From the NCBI RefSeq assembly GCF_009914755.1, contig NC_060942.1: 64,000 bases of DNA, one strand, 5' to 3'. The notes under the pieces are model-generated. The model made no database searches. It saw nothing but the letters and a program-made list of their open reading frames with translations, and was not told where the DNA came from. Origin of the DNA: the human T2T-CHM13v2.0 reference genome, Homo sapiens. Both the position numbers and the translations under genes were made by a program. Of this stretch, positions 17,573 to 29,600 are shown one piece after another; the first letter of the stretch is position 1; each line of letters starts with the position of its first letter.

Positions 17573-18565
17573 TTACGATTTGGCATGTTTTTGTAGTGTA
17601 ACTTTCCATGTTTAGTGCTTCCTTCAGGAGCTCTTTTAGGGCAGACCTGGTGGTGACAAAATCTCTCAGCATTTGCTTGTCTGTAAGGTATTTTATTTCT
17701 CCTTCACTTATGAAGCTTAGTTTGGCTGGATATGAAATTCTGGGTTGAAAATTCTTTTCTTTAAGAGTGTTGAATATTGGCCCCCACTCTATTCTGGCTT
17801 GTAGAGTTTCTGCCGAGAGATCAGCTGTTAGTCTGATGGGCTTCCCTTTGTGGGTAACCCGACCTTTCTCTCTGGCTACCCTTAACATTTTTTTCCTTCA
17901 TTTCAACTTTGGTGAATCTGACAATTATGTGTCTTGGAGTTGCTCTTCTCGAGGAGTATCTTTGTGGCGTTCTCTGTATTTCCTGAATCTGAATGTTGGC
18001 CTGCCTTGCTAGATTGGGGAAGTTCTCCTGGATAATATCCAGGACCAACTTGGTTCCATTTTCCCTGTCACTTTCAGGTATACCAATCAGACGTACATTT
18101 GATCTTTTCACATAGTCCCATATTTCTTGGAGGCTTTGTTCGTTTCTTTTTATTCTTTTTTCTCTAAACTTCTCTTCTCACTTCATTTCATTCATTTGTC
18201 TTCTATCACTGATACCTTTCTTCTAGTTGATCAAATCGGCTACTGAGGCTTGTGCGTTCGTCATGTAGTCTCGTGCCTTGGTTTTCAGCTCCATCGGGTC
18301 CTTTAAGGACTTCTCTGCATTGGTTATTCTAGTTAGCCATTTGTTTAATTTTTTTTCAAGGTTTTTAACTTCTTTGCCATAGGTTTGAACTTCCTCCTTT
18401 AGCTCAGAGTAATTCGATCATCTGAAGCCTTCTTCTCTCAACTTGTCAAAGTCATTCTCCATCCAGCTTTGTTCCGTTGCTGGTGAGGAGCTGCATTCCT
18501 TTGGAAGAGGAGAGGCACTCTGAATTTTAGAGTTTCCAGTTTTTCTGCTCTTTTTTTTCCCCCAT
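17573..18565 (-). pseudogene. L1 ORF1p, disrupted
   Basis: ATG at 18565; fragments IIQENFPNLARQANIQIQEIQRTP and KEKNFQPRISYPAKLSF; frameshifted. Confidence 0.92.
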
Positions 18566-19591
18566 CTTTGTTGTTTTATCTACCTTTGGTCTTTGATGAT
18601 GGTGATGTACAGATGGGGTTTTGGTGTGGATGTCCTTTCTGTTTGTTAGTTTCCTTCTAAGAGTCAGGACCCTCAGCTGCAGGTCTGTTGGAGTTTGCTG
18701 GAGGTCCACTCCAGACCCTGTTTGCCTGGGTATCAGCAGCGGAGGCTGCAGAACAGCAGATATTGGTGAACAGCAAATGTTGCTGCCTATCGTTCCTCTG
18801 GAAGTTTTGCCTAAGAGGAGTACCCGGCTGTGCGAGGTGTCAGTCTGCCCCTACTGGGGGTTGCCTCCCAGTTAGGCTACTCGGGCGTCAGGTACCCACT
18901 TGAGGAGGCAGTCTGTCCTTTCTCAGATCTCCAGCTGCATGCTGGGAGAACCACTACTCTCTTCAAAGCTGTCAGACAGGGACATTTAAGTCTGTAGAGG
19001 ATTCTGCTGCCTTTTGTTTGGCAATGCCCTGCCCCCAGAGGTGGAGTCTACAGAGGCAGGCAGGCCTCCTTGAGCTGTGGTGGGCTCCACCCATTTCGAG
19101 CTTCCCAGCTGCTTTGTTTACCTACTCAAGCCTCGGCAATGGTGGACGCCCCTCCCCCAGCCTTGCTGCCGCCTTGCAGTTTGATCTCAGACTGCTGTGC
19201 TAGCAATGAGTCAGGCTCTGTGGGCATAGGACCCTCCAAGCCAGGCACGGAATATAATCTCCTGGTGTGCCATGTGCTAAGACCGTTGGAAAAGCACGGT
19301 ATTAGGATGGGAGTGACCCGATTTTCCAGATGCCATCTGTCACCCCTTTCTTTGACTAGGAAAGGGAATTCCCTGACCCCTTGCACTACCCAGGTGAGGC
19401 AATGCCTTGCCCTGCTTTGGCTCATGCTTGGTGTGCTGCACCCACTGTCCTGCACCCACTGTCCGACACTCCCCAGTGAGATGAACCTGGTACCTCAGTT
19501 GGAAATGCAGAAATCACCCGTCTTCTGCGTTGCTCACGCTGGGAGTTGTAGCCTGGAGCTGTTCTTATTTGGCCATCTTGGCTCCTATTCC
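18566..19591. promoter_or_regulatory. L1 5'UTR with sense (leftward) and antisense (rightward) promoters
   Basis: Established L1 5'UTR architecture; YY1 motif intact; many CpGs decayed. Confidence 0.7.
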
Positions 19592-19609
19592 TGTTATTTG
19601 AATTTCTAA
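19139..19609 (+). CDS. Putative L1 antisense ORF0 homologue, extended to 156 aa (expression unproven)
   Basis: MVDAPPPALLPPCSLISDCCASNESGSVGIGPS...GVTRFSRC matches primate L1 ORF0; frame stays open to TAA just past the TSD. Confidence 0.45.
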   Translation: MVDAPPPALLPPCSLISDCCASNESGSVGIGPSKPGTEYNLLVCHVLRPLEKHGIRMGVTRFSRCHLSPLSLTRKGNSLTPCTTQVRQCLALLWLMLGVLHPLSCTHCPTLPSEMNLVPQLEMQKSPVFCVAHAGSCSLELFLFGHLGSYSCYLNF

Positions 19610-19829
19610 TGCCAGATTTGAAATTGATTCTCCTTGTTGGCAGGAGAAATGACTCCCCCTGTCGTATTCAAGGTGAGGTGCTATGTACTTGTTGACATCC
19701 TGAAGTTGAGTAAAGGCCATGTCTTGATGAAAAGATGAACCCTGTTGTCCAATTCAGGACAAAGTTCATTTTATTGGCAATAGTGGATTCTTGAATAAAC
19801 TTACATTGCTGGAATTCATGATCTTCTAT

Positions 19830-20110
19830 GTGTTCTTTAATAATCTGATAAACATTAAGCTACTGCTACAGGGGCTGCACGTGATTAGGAAAATATCCTT
19901 TGTATTTGGCAATTTGAAGATGACTGATGACTCTTTCCAGAGAGTTTCAAAAGATTGATGGGATGAAAGCCTCTTACCTGGATTAACTGAGGAGTAAATA
20001 GGAGGAGCGGATGCAGGAATAGCTACCAGACACAGCTCTTTAAAAAAGCTTGACTTCAAAGGGAAAATGGGAGATCTGTGCATTGATGGAACGTGCAAGG
20101 CTGTGATGAT
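19830..20110 (-). mobile_element. L2 fragment
   Basis: TTTGTATTTGGCAATTTGAAGATGACTGATGACTCTTTCCAGAGAGTTTCA resembles L2 RT antisense. Confidence 0.55.
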
Positions 20111-20323
20111 GTAAACACACATAATCAAAAGGTTTACACATCAGAAATAGACTTCTTATTTTCCTTTAAACTATTCTTTTAAAATGGAACCATTCTTATT
20201 GGCCCTGTGTTGAAATATAGATTTTCCTTCAATCAGTGAAAATGATTGAAGGCTAAACCAGCAGAGCTACTGGTAGGCTGGCAGTTTGGTTCTCTTCAAG
20301 TTTATATTCTTTCTGTATTTTTC

Positions 20324-20510
20324 TATATTGTTTTTTATTTTGTTTAAACTTTTAAGTTCAGGGGTACATGTGCAGGTTTGTTACATAGATAAACTTGTGT
20401 CATAGGGGTTTGTTGTACAGATTACTTTGTCACTCAGGTATTAAGCCCAGTACCCATTAGTTATTTTTCTTGATCCTCTCTTCCCAGCCTCCACCTTCCA
20501 ATAGGTACCA
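20324..20510 (-). mobile_element. Short 5'-truncated older L1PA (about L1PA8-13) 3' end
   Basis: TTTTAAGTTCAGGGGTACATGTGCAGGTTTGTTACATAG; perfect 16-bp TSD TCTTTCTGTATTTTTC at 20308-20323 and 20511-20526; TTTC/AA cut site. Confidence 0.9.
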
Positions 20511-20715
20511 TCTTTCTGTATTTTTCAACGTATGTTTTATGAAGATCTCTAACAGAGTTGAAGGGAAGCTAGAGAAAAGGAAGTCTTCTGGTGACAGTGC
20601 TTTCTTCTATTTTATCAGCAGTTTGTCTCTGGCCCCAAATTTTGCATGCCCACTTGGAGGGAGGGAATTGCTGATCATACTCTCTTCAAAACAGTTTGCT
20701 AAACCTCAACTGTTA

Positions 20716-20746
20716 TTAGGTTGGTGCAAAAGTAATTGCGGTTTTG
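20716..20746 (+). mobile_element. Solo Hsmar1/MADE1 terminal inverted repeat
   Basis: TA followed by TTAGGTTGGTGCAAAAGTAATTGCGGTTTTG. Confidence 0.88.
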
Positions 20747-22113
20747 AAAATAACTTCAGCATGTATCTTGAGGATCTTACCTCCATCTCAAGTGCCTCTA
20801 GAACATTCTTTCCAACAACCCAGAGTCATCTTCTTGAGAGTCCCTGGTAAATATATTATTCTCATCTAATTACACTTACTGTGAATTTTAGCCCCCGCTT
20901 ATAGACAGGCCTTCTAGACATCTGAGCATCTAATTTGGGTTGATATCTGCTGTTTCCTCCCCAAAGATGAGGTTTTGCTTACAATATCCAGCCTTTAGAT
21001 GATTGGATTTTGATTAATGAGCTCCTTTTTAAGGACATATTTCCTCATTCATTTCTCCTATTGCCTCCTCTAGTTTCATATTTTCCAGGATGTTCTAAGA
21101 TCAAAGGATAAGCTGACTGAGCATGATACATGTCTAGACAGTAATAAAATACAAGATCTACTGATTTCAGTTGCTATGCTTATAGGAGTTACAACCAGAC
21201 TATAGATGAATGATTAACTACATCAACAGCACAAGAGAAAGCTCTACAGCAAACATGAGGAATTATTCAACTGTCAAGACCTGGTATTAAAGGAGGAAAA
21301 AGCCACTTTCAAATTATTCTTACTATAGGAATAAAGAGAAGGAAATAAAACTGAGAACAACGACAACAAAAAAGAATGAAAATGAGATTATTTTCTTCTT
21401 TTTCTGAAAACTGTTTTGTTGTTTTTGCCCTTTTAAAGAGCTCAAGCTAAAGGCTTCCTTACTAAGACCTTTGCCTGACATTGCCATTAAAGAAATGGAT
21501 TATAACAGAGCAGAAAGCACCAGCCCCGGAGGTTCTGTGAAAATGCTGGTCATAGGGAATAGGAATTGGAAGGCAGAGGCTGTTCGTGCTGAATTTATCT
21601 TCTCCAATGCAAAGGCTTTCTGCCGCCTCTCCCCTCAAGCCCATGGGAGGAAGCAGTGAAATTCACTGACATAACTGGGCCAGTTGCTTTTTATTTCAAG
21701 TATGCTGTGAGGAATACTTGAAAGCAATCATCTGTGCTCAGTAATTGGCTGATAAAGCTCAATATCCTCAGCAATTACAGTCACTGTTCATTCAGGAAAT
21801 CCTCCATACATCATTTGAAAGCAGGGCAAAATTATAAATTATTATAATACTAACCCATGCAACGCTAGTAGAACATACTTTTATAGTGTTAGGAGCAAAG
21901 ATTTAGACACTGAATGGAAATTCTAGTCAGAGAAACCACAGGTCATTGCAGTTTCAAGGGGAACTGGGAAGGAGAACTGGTTGAGGAGGCGCAGCCACCA
22001 TGACCCTGAGTTATTCCCGAAGCAAATTTGCACTCAGGAAAAGTCAGCCAAGAATGTGATCACAGGGGTCATGATGAGATTGACAAAAAGAACAAACCAC
22101 CATGCATAACTAC

Positions 22114-22846
22114 TGTCTTAGTCTGTTATCTGTTGCTATGAAGGAATACCTGAGGCTGGGTAATTTACAAAGAAAAGAGGTTTATTTGCCTTGCAGGTCT
22201 GCAGGCTGTACAAGAAGTATGGTTTCAGCATCTGCTCTGTGAGGGGCTCAGGAAGCTTCTGTTTTCCATTCGTGGTGGAATTCAAAGAGGACCTGGTATA
22301 TTATATGATGAGGGAGGAAGGCCAGGGAGGTGGTGCCAAGGCTGTTTGTTTATTTATTTATTTTTTTTGAGATGGAGTCTCGCCCTGTCACCCAGGCTGG
22401 AGTACAGTGGCCCAATCTCGGCTCAATGCAAGCTCTGCCTCCTGGGTTCATGCCATTCTCCTGCCTCAGCCTTCCGAGTAGCTGGGACTACAGGTGCCTG
22501 CCACCACGCCAAGCTAATTTTTTGTATTTTTAGTAGAGACAGAGTTTCACTGTGTTAGCCAGGATGGTCTCGATCTCCTGACCTCGTGATCCACTTGCCT
22601 CAGCCTCTCAAAGTGCTGGGATTACAGGCATGAGCCACCACGCCCCGCCCAAGGCTGTTTTTAACTATCACTCTCTCTTGGGAATTAATAGAGGGAGAAC
22701 TCATCCATTACCACAAGATCAGCACAAAACTGTTTGTGAGGAACCCACCCTCATGACCCAAACACCTCCCACCAGGCTGCACGCCTAACACTCGGGATCA
22801 AATTTCAATATGAAATATGAAGGGGACAAATATTCAAACTCTATCA
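22114..22846 (-). mobile_element. MaLR MSTB-type solo LTR, interrupted by AluY
   Basis: TGTCTTAGTCTG...GGAATACCTGAGGCTGGGTAATTTA...CAAACTCTATCA; near-TSD ACTAC/CCTAC. Confidence 0.85.
22348..22648 (-). mobile_element. AluY
   Basis: Y diagnostics GCAAGCTC, CCATTCTC and TTAGCCAGGATGG; TSD CCAAGGCTGTTT at 22336-22347 and 22649-22660. Confidence 0.92.
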
Positions 22847-25228
22847 CCTACCTGAGGTTAAGACAGTAAAAAAGCATGGTTCTAAACTTGCCTATCAAGC
22901 ACAGGACTGGAGTGGGAGGGGAGATTGCTAGTGATTGGCCTAAAAACAACTAAACTAACAAACATTAATGGGTAAGTGCCTTCTAAGGAGTAACTGAATA
23001 TGTGGGCATAAAGCACAGGAATGAAAGGCATTTTATTTCACATAGAGACACATGAAGCAGAGAATTTCGAGCTGGGTAGTATCTAGTTAAACTCCCAACT
23101 TTCAAGCTAAATGACTTGTCCAGGGTAATACCACTGACAATCAGACCTGAGTTTTCATTTTCGCTCTGCCACCAGAGATACTACCACCAACAAGAGATGG
23201 CAGAGCTGAAATGAAAACAGGTCTGCTTGTTATTCAGTAAGTATTTACACATTCAGTTTTATGGCTACCAGGCTTGATTTATATATCAGCATTTAGTAGG
23301 TTCTTCATCCACTTTATTTCTAGGGCTTCTGATCAGTTAGCTGGCATCAACAATTCTTACATGTTAAATCATTATAAACACCATTTTGTCCCTGGTATAT
23401 CCATCTTATCTTTGGATAAGCTCTGTTTCTTGTTCTCTGCTATTCAGAGAGCAATCTCACTAGCAAAATTACTCTTAGCTTAGCTGTCACCATCACACCT
23501 GGCCTGCAGAGAACAGGCATCCCAGAAATGCTTGTGTTCCTTTACTAATATGTTTCCCAATTCATTGATGAAGGGAGTGTACTCTGGGCCCTCTAGGAAT
23601 TGTATGTGTGTATGTAAGCAGGGGTGAATTGGCATAATATATCTACTCCTACATTCCTCTCTCCCTAAACCTTTAGATTTCCTCCTCTATCTATATTATG
23701 CCAGGAATGATCTGGCATCTCAACCCCATTAAATTTAACCCACTGATAAGTCAAAGTTTTATTCAACCAACTAATCGATCTGCCACAAACAGCTCCATCT
23801 GCCAAAACGTTAAATCCAGAAACTCTGATAAGTGGTCTGATAAGTCAAACAAATTTGACCAGTAAATATTCTGTCCTCCTGTTTCTAATTGCCCCTGGGA
23901 TTCATTTCCATCCATATATCCTGGGCTTATACCAATATTAATAAAATAATGTAAATTAGTAAAAGTTTGCAATTCTCTTGCTTTATAATCTATTTTTCCC
24001 AGATAAGTATTTGAACTTTCTCTGCTGAAGCATTCTGAAATTTAATCCCAAATATGGTTCCAAAATGGGGTGGACATGTGTGTCTTAAGAAGATTAAGCA
24101 TCCACCGCAAGATGATGGCCCAAAAGAGGTTATTACAGTGTCTTCAAATAAGGGGAAGCTGGTGTTTGGAAGACTTACCAGTTAAGCCTGCTCCACTGGC
24201 AAAGGAAGCCCAAGGGTTGGTTTTGTATTCTCAGCTTTTACTCAGTCTACCCAAACATCACCTTCTCAAATCTCAGGGTTGAAGATCATTGTGAGGATCA
24301 AATAAGAGTATGTTTTATGTATGTATGTATCTTTCCTATCAGACTAACCTTTTTAAGTGCAGAGATTATGTATAATTCAATTATGAATCACTCCCTGGCA
24401 GATAGAAAGCACTAAATAATTGTTAATTGAATAATGAGATCAAAGAGGTCTATTTCACTTCTAAGTACTTTGGCAAATATCCACTGCTTATTATTCTGGA
24501 AATGTCTTCTTTTATATGGTCTGCTGTAGCTCTCACTAATCTCTCGTTTTCTCAGTCTCTCTTGCACAGGCAATGATCCGTGGTGGGGTGGTGAAGGGAC
24601 ATTTATAGTCTACTATAAGACTGAAAGAGCTAACTCTCAGAATAAATTCAGTTCAGGGAGAAAGGGTGTCCCCAACTGGGAAGACATTATTGACTAGTAT
24701 TTTCTATTTTAGAGTGTTAGAGCACCCTGCTGACTTCAGCTTTGCTCTTTGGCACTGCTGTGATGTTTGTGCCTCAATGCACTAGGTCCATGACAGCTAC
24801 AATGGATGGTGGCTGCATTTGAATTCCTTATGGAGCTCAAGGGCCTTTTTCATAATCCCTTTAGGCATCTCCATTAACGGTCCATATTGCATACTGTGGG
24901 AAGTTAATTTGGATGAGAATCTCTGTGCCCTCTGTAAAGTGTCTGGGAGGAAAACTTGGGGGCCTCTTGTCCTTGGTGGCCTGGTGGTATCTCACTGACA
25001 GGGAGTACTGCAGTCTGTCAAATGGAGAAGAGTTTTAGCCAATGAAGTCTAAGACTGTGTAAAGGAAGGAAATATTTTCTAAAGAAACGAGGCATGTCTT
25101 GCTAGGAAATCACTCAGGACAAATGTGAGGGATGAGAAAAGGGAGAGTGAATGCCGAACCCAGACACCATTCCCAACCTCATTTTCCTTGCTTATCTGCT
25201 AATATGAAATTGGGGACAAAAATGGGAC

Positions 25229-25729
25229 ACTTTTAGGGTCTGATGTGTCCCCAAAAATTCATGTGTTGGGAACTTAATCTTCAATGCAAAATTGTTGAGA
25301 GATGGATTCGAATGAGAAATATTTAAGTCATGACCTCATGAATGAATTAACTCCCTTATAAAAGGGCTTGACAAGGGAGTTCATTCATGTTTGTTCTTCT
25401 GCCTTCTGCCATGTGAGGGATAGTGTTCCTCTCCTCTGGAGGATGTAGCTTTCAAAGTGGCATCTTGGAAACAGAGACTGCAACCCCATCAGACAACGGA
25501 ACCTGCTAATGCCTTGGTCTTTGACTTCCTACCTTCCAGAACTGTGAGAAAATAAATTTCTCTTTTTTATATTAGGTTTGTACAAAAGTAATCACAGTTT
25601 TTGCCATTAAAAGTTTTTTTTTTTTTTGCCATTACTTTTAATGGCAAAAACTGCAATCATTTTTGTACCAACCTAAAAAAATACCTAATCTTGGAGAGTC
25701 TGTTATAGTAGCACAAACAGACTAAGATG
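25229..25729 (+). mobile_element. MaLR MSTC/MSTD-type solo LTR, interrupted by MADE1
   Basis: GTCCCCAAAAATTCATGTGTTGGGAACTTAATC...CCAGAACTGTGAGAAAATAAA...CAGACTAAGA. Confidence 0.8.
25572..25676. mobile_element. MADE1 (Hsmar1-derived MITE) with internal duplication
   Basis: TTAGGTTTGTACAAAAGTAATCACAG...CTGCAATCATTTTTGTACCAACCTAA palindrome. Confidence 0.9.
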
Positions 25730-26399
25730 TTCACCTTTCACACCTCCATTGCAGTAGGAAGTGGTCTCGAGATGATTTTCTGGCCAAACAGATCTTAGTA
25801 GATGTCTTATGGAAGTTTCTAGAAAATATTTACTTTCTTCCTGAGCAACATGAGGGAGCTCTGATTTTCGACGCCCCTGCCAGCCTTCTTCACCAACCCC
25901 CTTCTCCATTTCCTGCCTTCAAATTCTGCCATGATGCTTGGAGCAGCAGCCACCACTGTCAGATCATGAGTTAACAAGTGTAAGGAATAAAGGAAATACC
26001 AAAGATGATAGAACAGGAGGATGCGAAGAATCTATTATTAACTTTGGGAACAATAGCTCAATTTTAGTAATTATATATCTCTGCCTATATGGTGTTTTTA
26101 TTTCTTTCTAACAAAAAGAAAGTAAATATTATGTGCTATATGCTCTATTTGCAAGATTTTTATGAAACATTCAACTTCCTTGGACCTCAGTCTTCCAAAT
26201 TATAAAATGAAAATAATGCCTTCTGCACAACTATAAATCAAGTAGGATACACAAGTAAAATGGCTAGATGAATGTAAATTAGCCTCACAGAAAATTAAAT
26301 GTATTCTGCGTGAATATAGCAATTTTGGAACACAAGCTTTCTTTATTAATGAGAGAGTGACATTCACATTTAGAAAGCAGGGACTCAGGAGACACTAAT

Positions 26400-26600
26400 T
26401 ATTATACCCATTCTTTCCACAGACTCACTTTGTAACCTTTAGCAAATCATTTAACCTCTCTGACCTCTGATTTATCACCCGTAAAATTTGAGACAGTAAT
26501 GATTTTCCTTCCTGCATAATGGGGTTGTTCTGAAGATTAAAGATGGTGAAATATTTGAAAACTTTTCAAAAATATATTGAGGTATGTAAATGTATATTAT
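26400..26600 (+). mobile_element. MIR
   Basis: TGTAACCTTTAGCAAATCATTTAACCTCTCTGACCTC...GTAAAAT core. Confidence 0.65.
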
Positions 26601-29600
26601 AAATACATATTTCATTAGAGACATTTAGACATGAGACTGGAATGTTCTCACTTATGTCTGATGTGGAGTTCAAATACTGAACCATTAATTAATAGTTACT
26701 TGTCCCTGTGGAAGAACTCTTGTTTATTAGGGATTTATATTTATTTCTGTATTTTAAAATATCTATTCCCAGGCAAAAAGTGGTATTTTAAATTTTAGAA
26801 TATTCTTTCAGTTTATTTTTATAATTTATTATATGTATTATTCATACAATAATTAATCTATTTATTATTTTGTAATTACTTTCCAGTGATAGAGTAGCAT
26901 AGGCAGGCCTTAGGAAAATTTGAGAGAATGTATGAAGATAGAAAACTAGGAAGATACTTAACAAAGAAAACATAGGAGCAATTTGATAAAATAAACTTAT
27001 TTGTCCTGAAAAAAGTCCTACACACATTAACACATTATATTTTAATAACTGTATTAACAAACTGCCTTAAGTGTTATTTTATGAGGAAAAGTCATCTCTT
27101 TTTCTGAGGCTAGAACAAGAGCACACACATACACATACACACAATAGAATACAGAGACAGTCAGATGTAGGATAGAATCTACCTACCTATCTGTATCTTA
27201 TAATAGATATAAACTAGAATACATGAACATACATGTATATGAATTCTAAATTTTATAAGTAAGGTTATGCTACTGAAGATTGAGGAGGTGTTATGAAGTA
27301 TATTAGATGATTTGATTTCCAAATATATTTGTTTAGACTTGAGGTGACTTTCTTAAGTTTGTTTGACTGTTCTGTGGAATGCTATAGCATGTACACTATT
27401 TTCACAAAGTTAGTTTACATTCTAGACTATCTTATATCCATATTTGAGGAGGCTTGCAACCCTTCACAATAATTAATGTTATTTGCAGTGGCTTTCACTG
27501 TGGGCTGACAATGTTCCATGAGAGAACTGAAACTTGAAACCCCCCCACCCCTCTCTCTCCCTCTCTCATTTTCCCTCAAGCACTGTCCTTTCCAGATCCA
27601 GACGTCTTTCCAGATGTAGCCGCCCTTTCTTCTCACAGAGCTGACAGCCCTTGCTCTGCCCATAAATGTTATTTTTAAACCTTCTCTTGCGCACTGTTAC
27701 AAGTTTTGATAAGGTCTTGACCACTAGGACAATTACTGGATGCTGCTGCCTGTCTACATTCTTATCAGACTATTTCTAGTAAAGTTTCTACTTTTCTTAT
27801 TACCTTCCTGTCTGCCTTACACTCAGGGAGCTTTATCATTGTTAAGAGCAAAAAATTGTACTAGATTGAAAAATACCTGTCCTCTCCAAAATCTAATCAA
27901 ATTTAATCCTTAGAATGTGATTATTACCATTGTTATAAGAACTGCCAGAAAATGACTAAAAATTATAAATTAGAATTCAGACGTTCCACTGGATACCATT
28001 TAGCTCATAGTCCTCGACCGTTGCCTTCCTATTCCAAAACAACAACAACAACAAAATAACCCTTAGACATCCATCTGACTCCTTTCTCATGTGATCTGGG
28101 TCATCAGATCAAGACCCTATCGTTCACAATTCTGAAACTGTCTGGTCAGTTTTGATGACTACACTAAGCTGCTTGGCTTTTCATTCCAGTTTGATTCCAG
28201 CCCCCAAATAGACCAATTCTGAGCTTAAACACGGCTGGAGTTAGCAGCCATCAAGCATTCTTTAAACTCACACAGAAAAACATTGTCTGTCCTTAGTCCG
28301 TCACCTTCAAATCTTCCCCCAAAGTAGATGTATGAGGTCGAGTAGTATTCAAATTGCACAAAACAATTTGTTGCCATCTTAATCCCTACCTTATTTAAAC
28401 TGGGAAATGTTGCTTTGAAACCCCATTCTCGTACATTTTCTAACTTCTCTTAACTTTATTATACCCACCCACTTCAGTCACAAGATCTCTTACCTGAAAG
28501 TGGGCAGGAAAATGTGATGAGCTAGGAGGAGGATTACAGATTAAATACTCATGTGAACTTTTAGTTTAGCATATTTCAAAGTCTGTTATTCTCACTGCTG
28601 GTGTGGGGGATTATCCTGAACAGCTTCTATAAATGCTACAGGGAATTACGCATGTACGGTCCATCAGTGTTAATGGGTGAATAAACCTTACAGTTTGTTA
28701 AGTAATGTAACATCTATTAGGGAAGGGTGAATTGGTTAATGTATGTATTAGGCTCTGAATTTACCTGAGTCAAACCCCTTAATGGGCTACTTATTTTACG
28801 CTTTGTGCAAATGAATAATTCAGTCTCAGTGTATGCACCCTCAAGCAAGCAAACTACTTATTAGTGGTATTTGGGAATTGACATAAAATATTCTGTTCAA
28901 CCTCAAAAGTGACTCTGTTGTCATCTTCAAAACAATTCCAAATAGGACTGATAAAATTCTCTTTATTAATAGAACTGAACAATATAAAACTGGAAAAAAA
29001 GCCAAATTTAGATGTGCAGTATTAATTTTACAACTGAAAGCAGTTTGTATAAGCAGCTACAATGAGCCACACATTAGTGATTATTGCTGCTAATTTTGTG
29101 GTTTATGGGGCTTAGTTTTAATTTTTATATGCTATCCAGTGAAGTACGTTAGACATTCATATAAGTTACTTTGCATGATACTTATTACAAGGTAGACATA
29201 ATTTCCTTGGGAATAAACTACTTGATTCTAAAAAGAAAATTATGACCAAGATTTTTAAACTCTAAGACAAAACTCTTTTTTCATTTCTTCTTCAGTGGCA
29301 GCAGGAGAGATAAGTTTCCATCATGCATATGCAACTTAATTTCTCACCTCAGTGCTGTTGTGTACATGGAACTTATTTTACTATGCCTGTTTGGGAACAT
29401 TGGCTATCTTTCCACATTCAGTTGTAAAAGAATGTAACATGATTGAGACTACTTTCCTTTGAGGAAATTAGTTTTTTGACTAAAATCTACTGCTAGCATT
29501 TTAAACACAAGCTTTCTTAAGAGCTTTGGATATTAACAGCTAAGTTTAAAACCAGTTCATCATAAAAGGAAACTGCCCCAGAGTTGATGTAATTCTCTCT

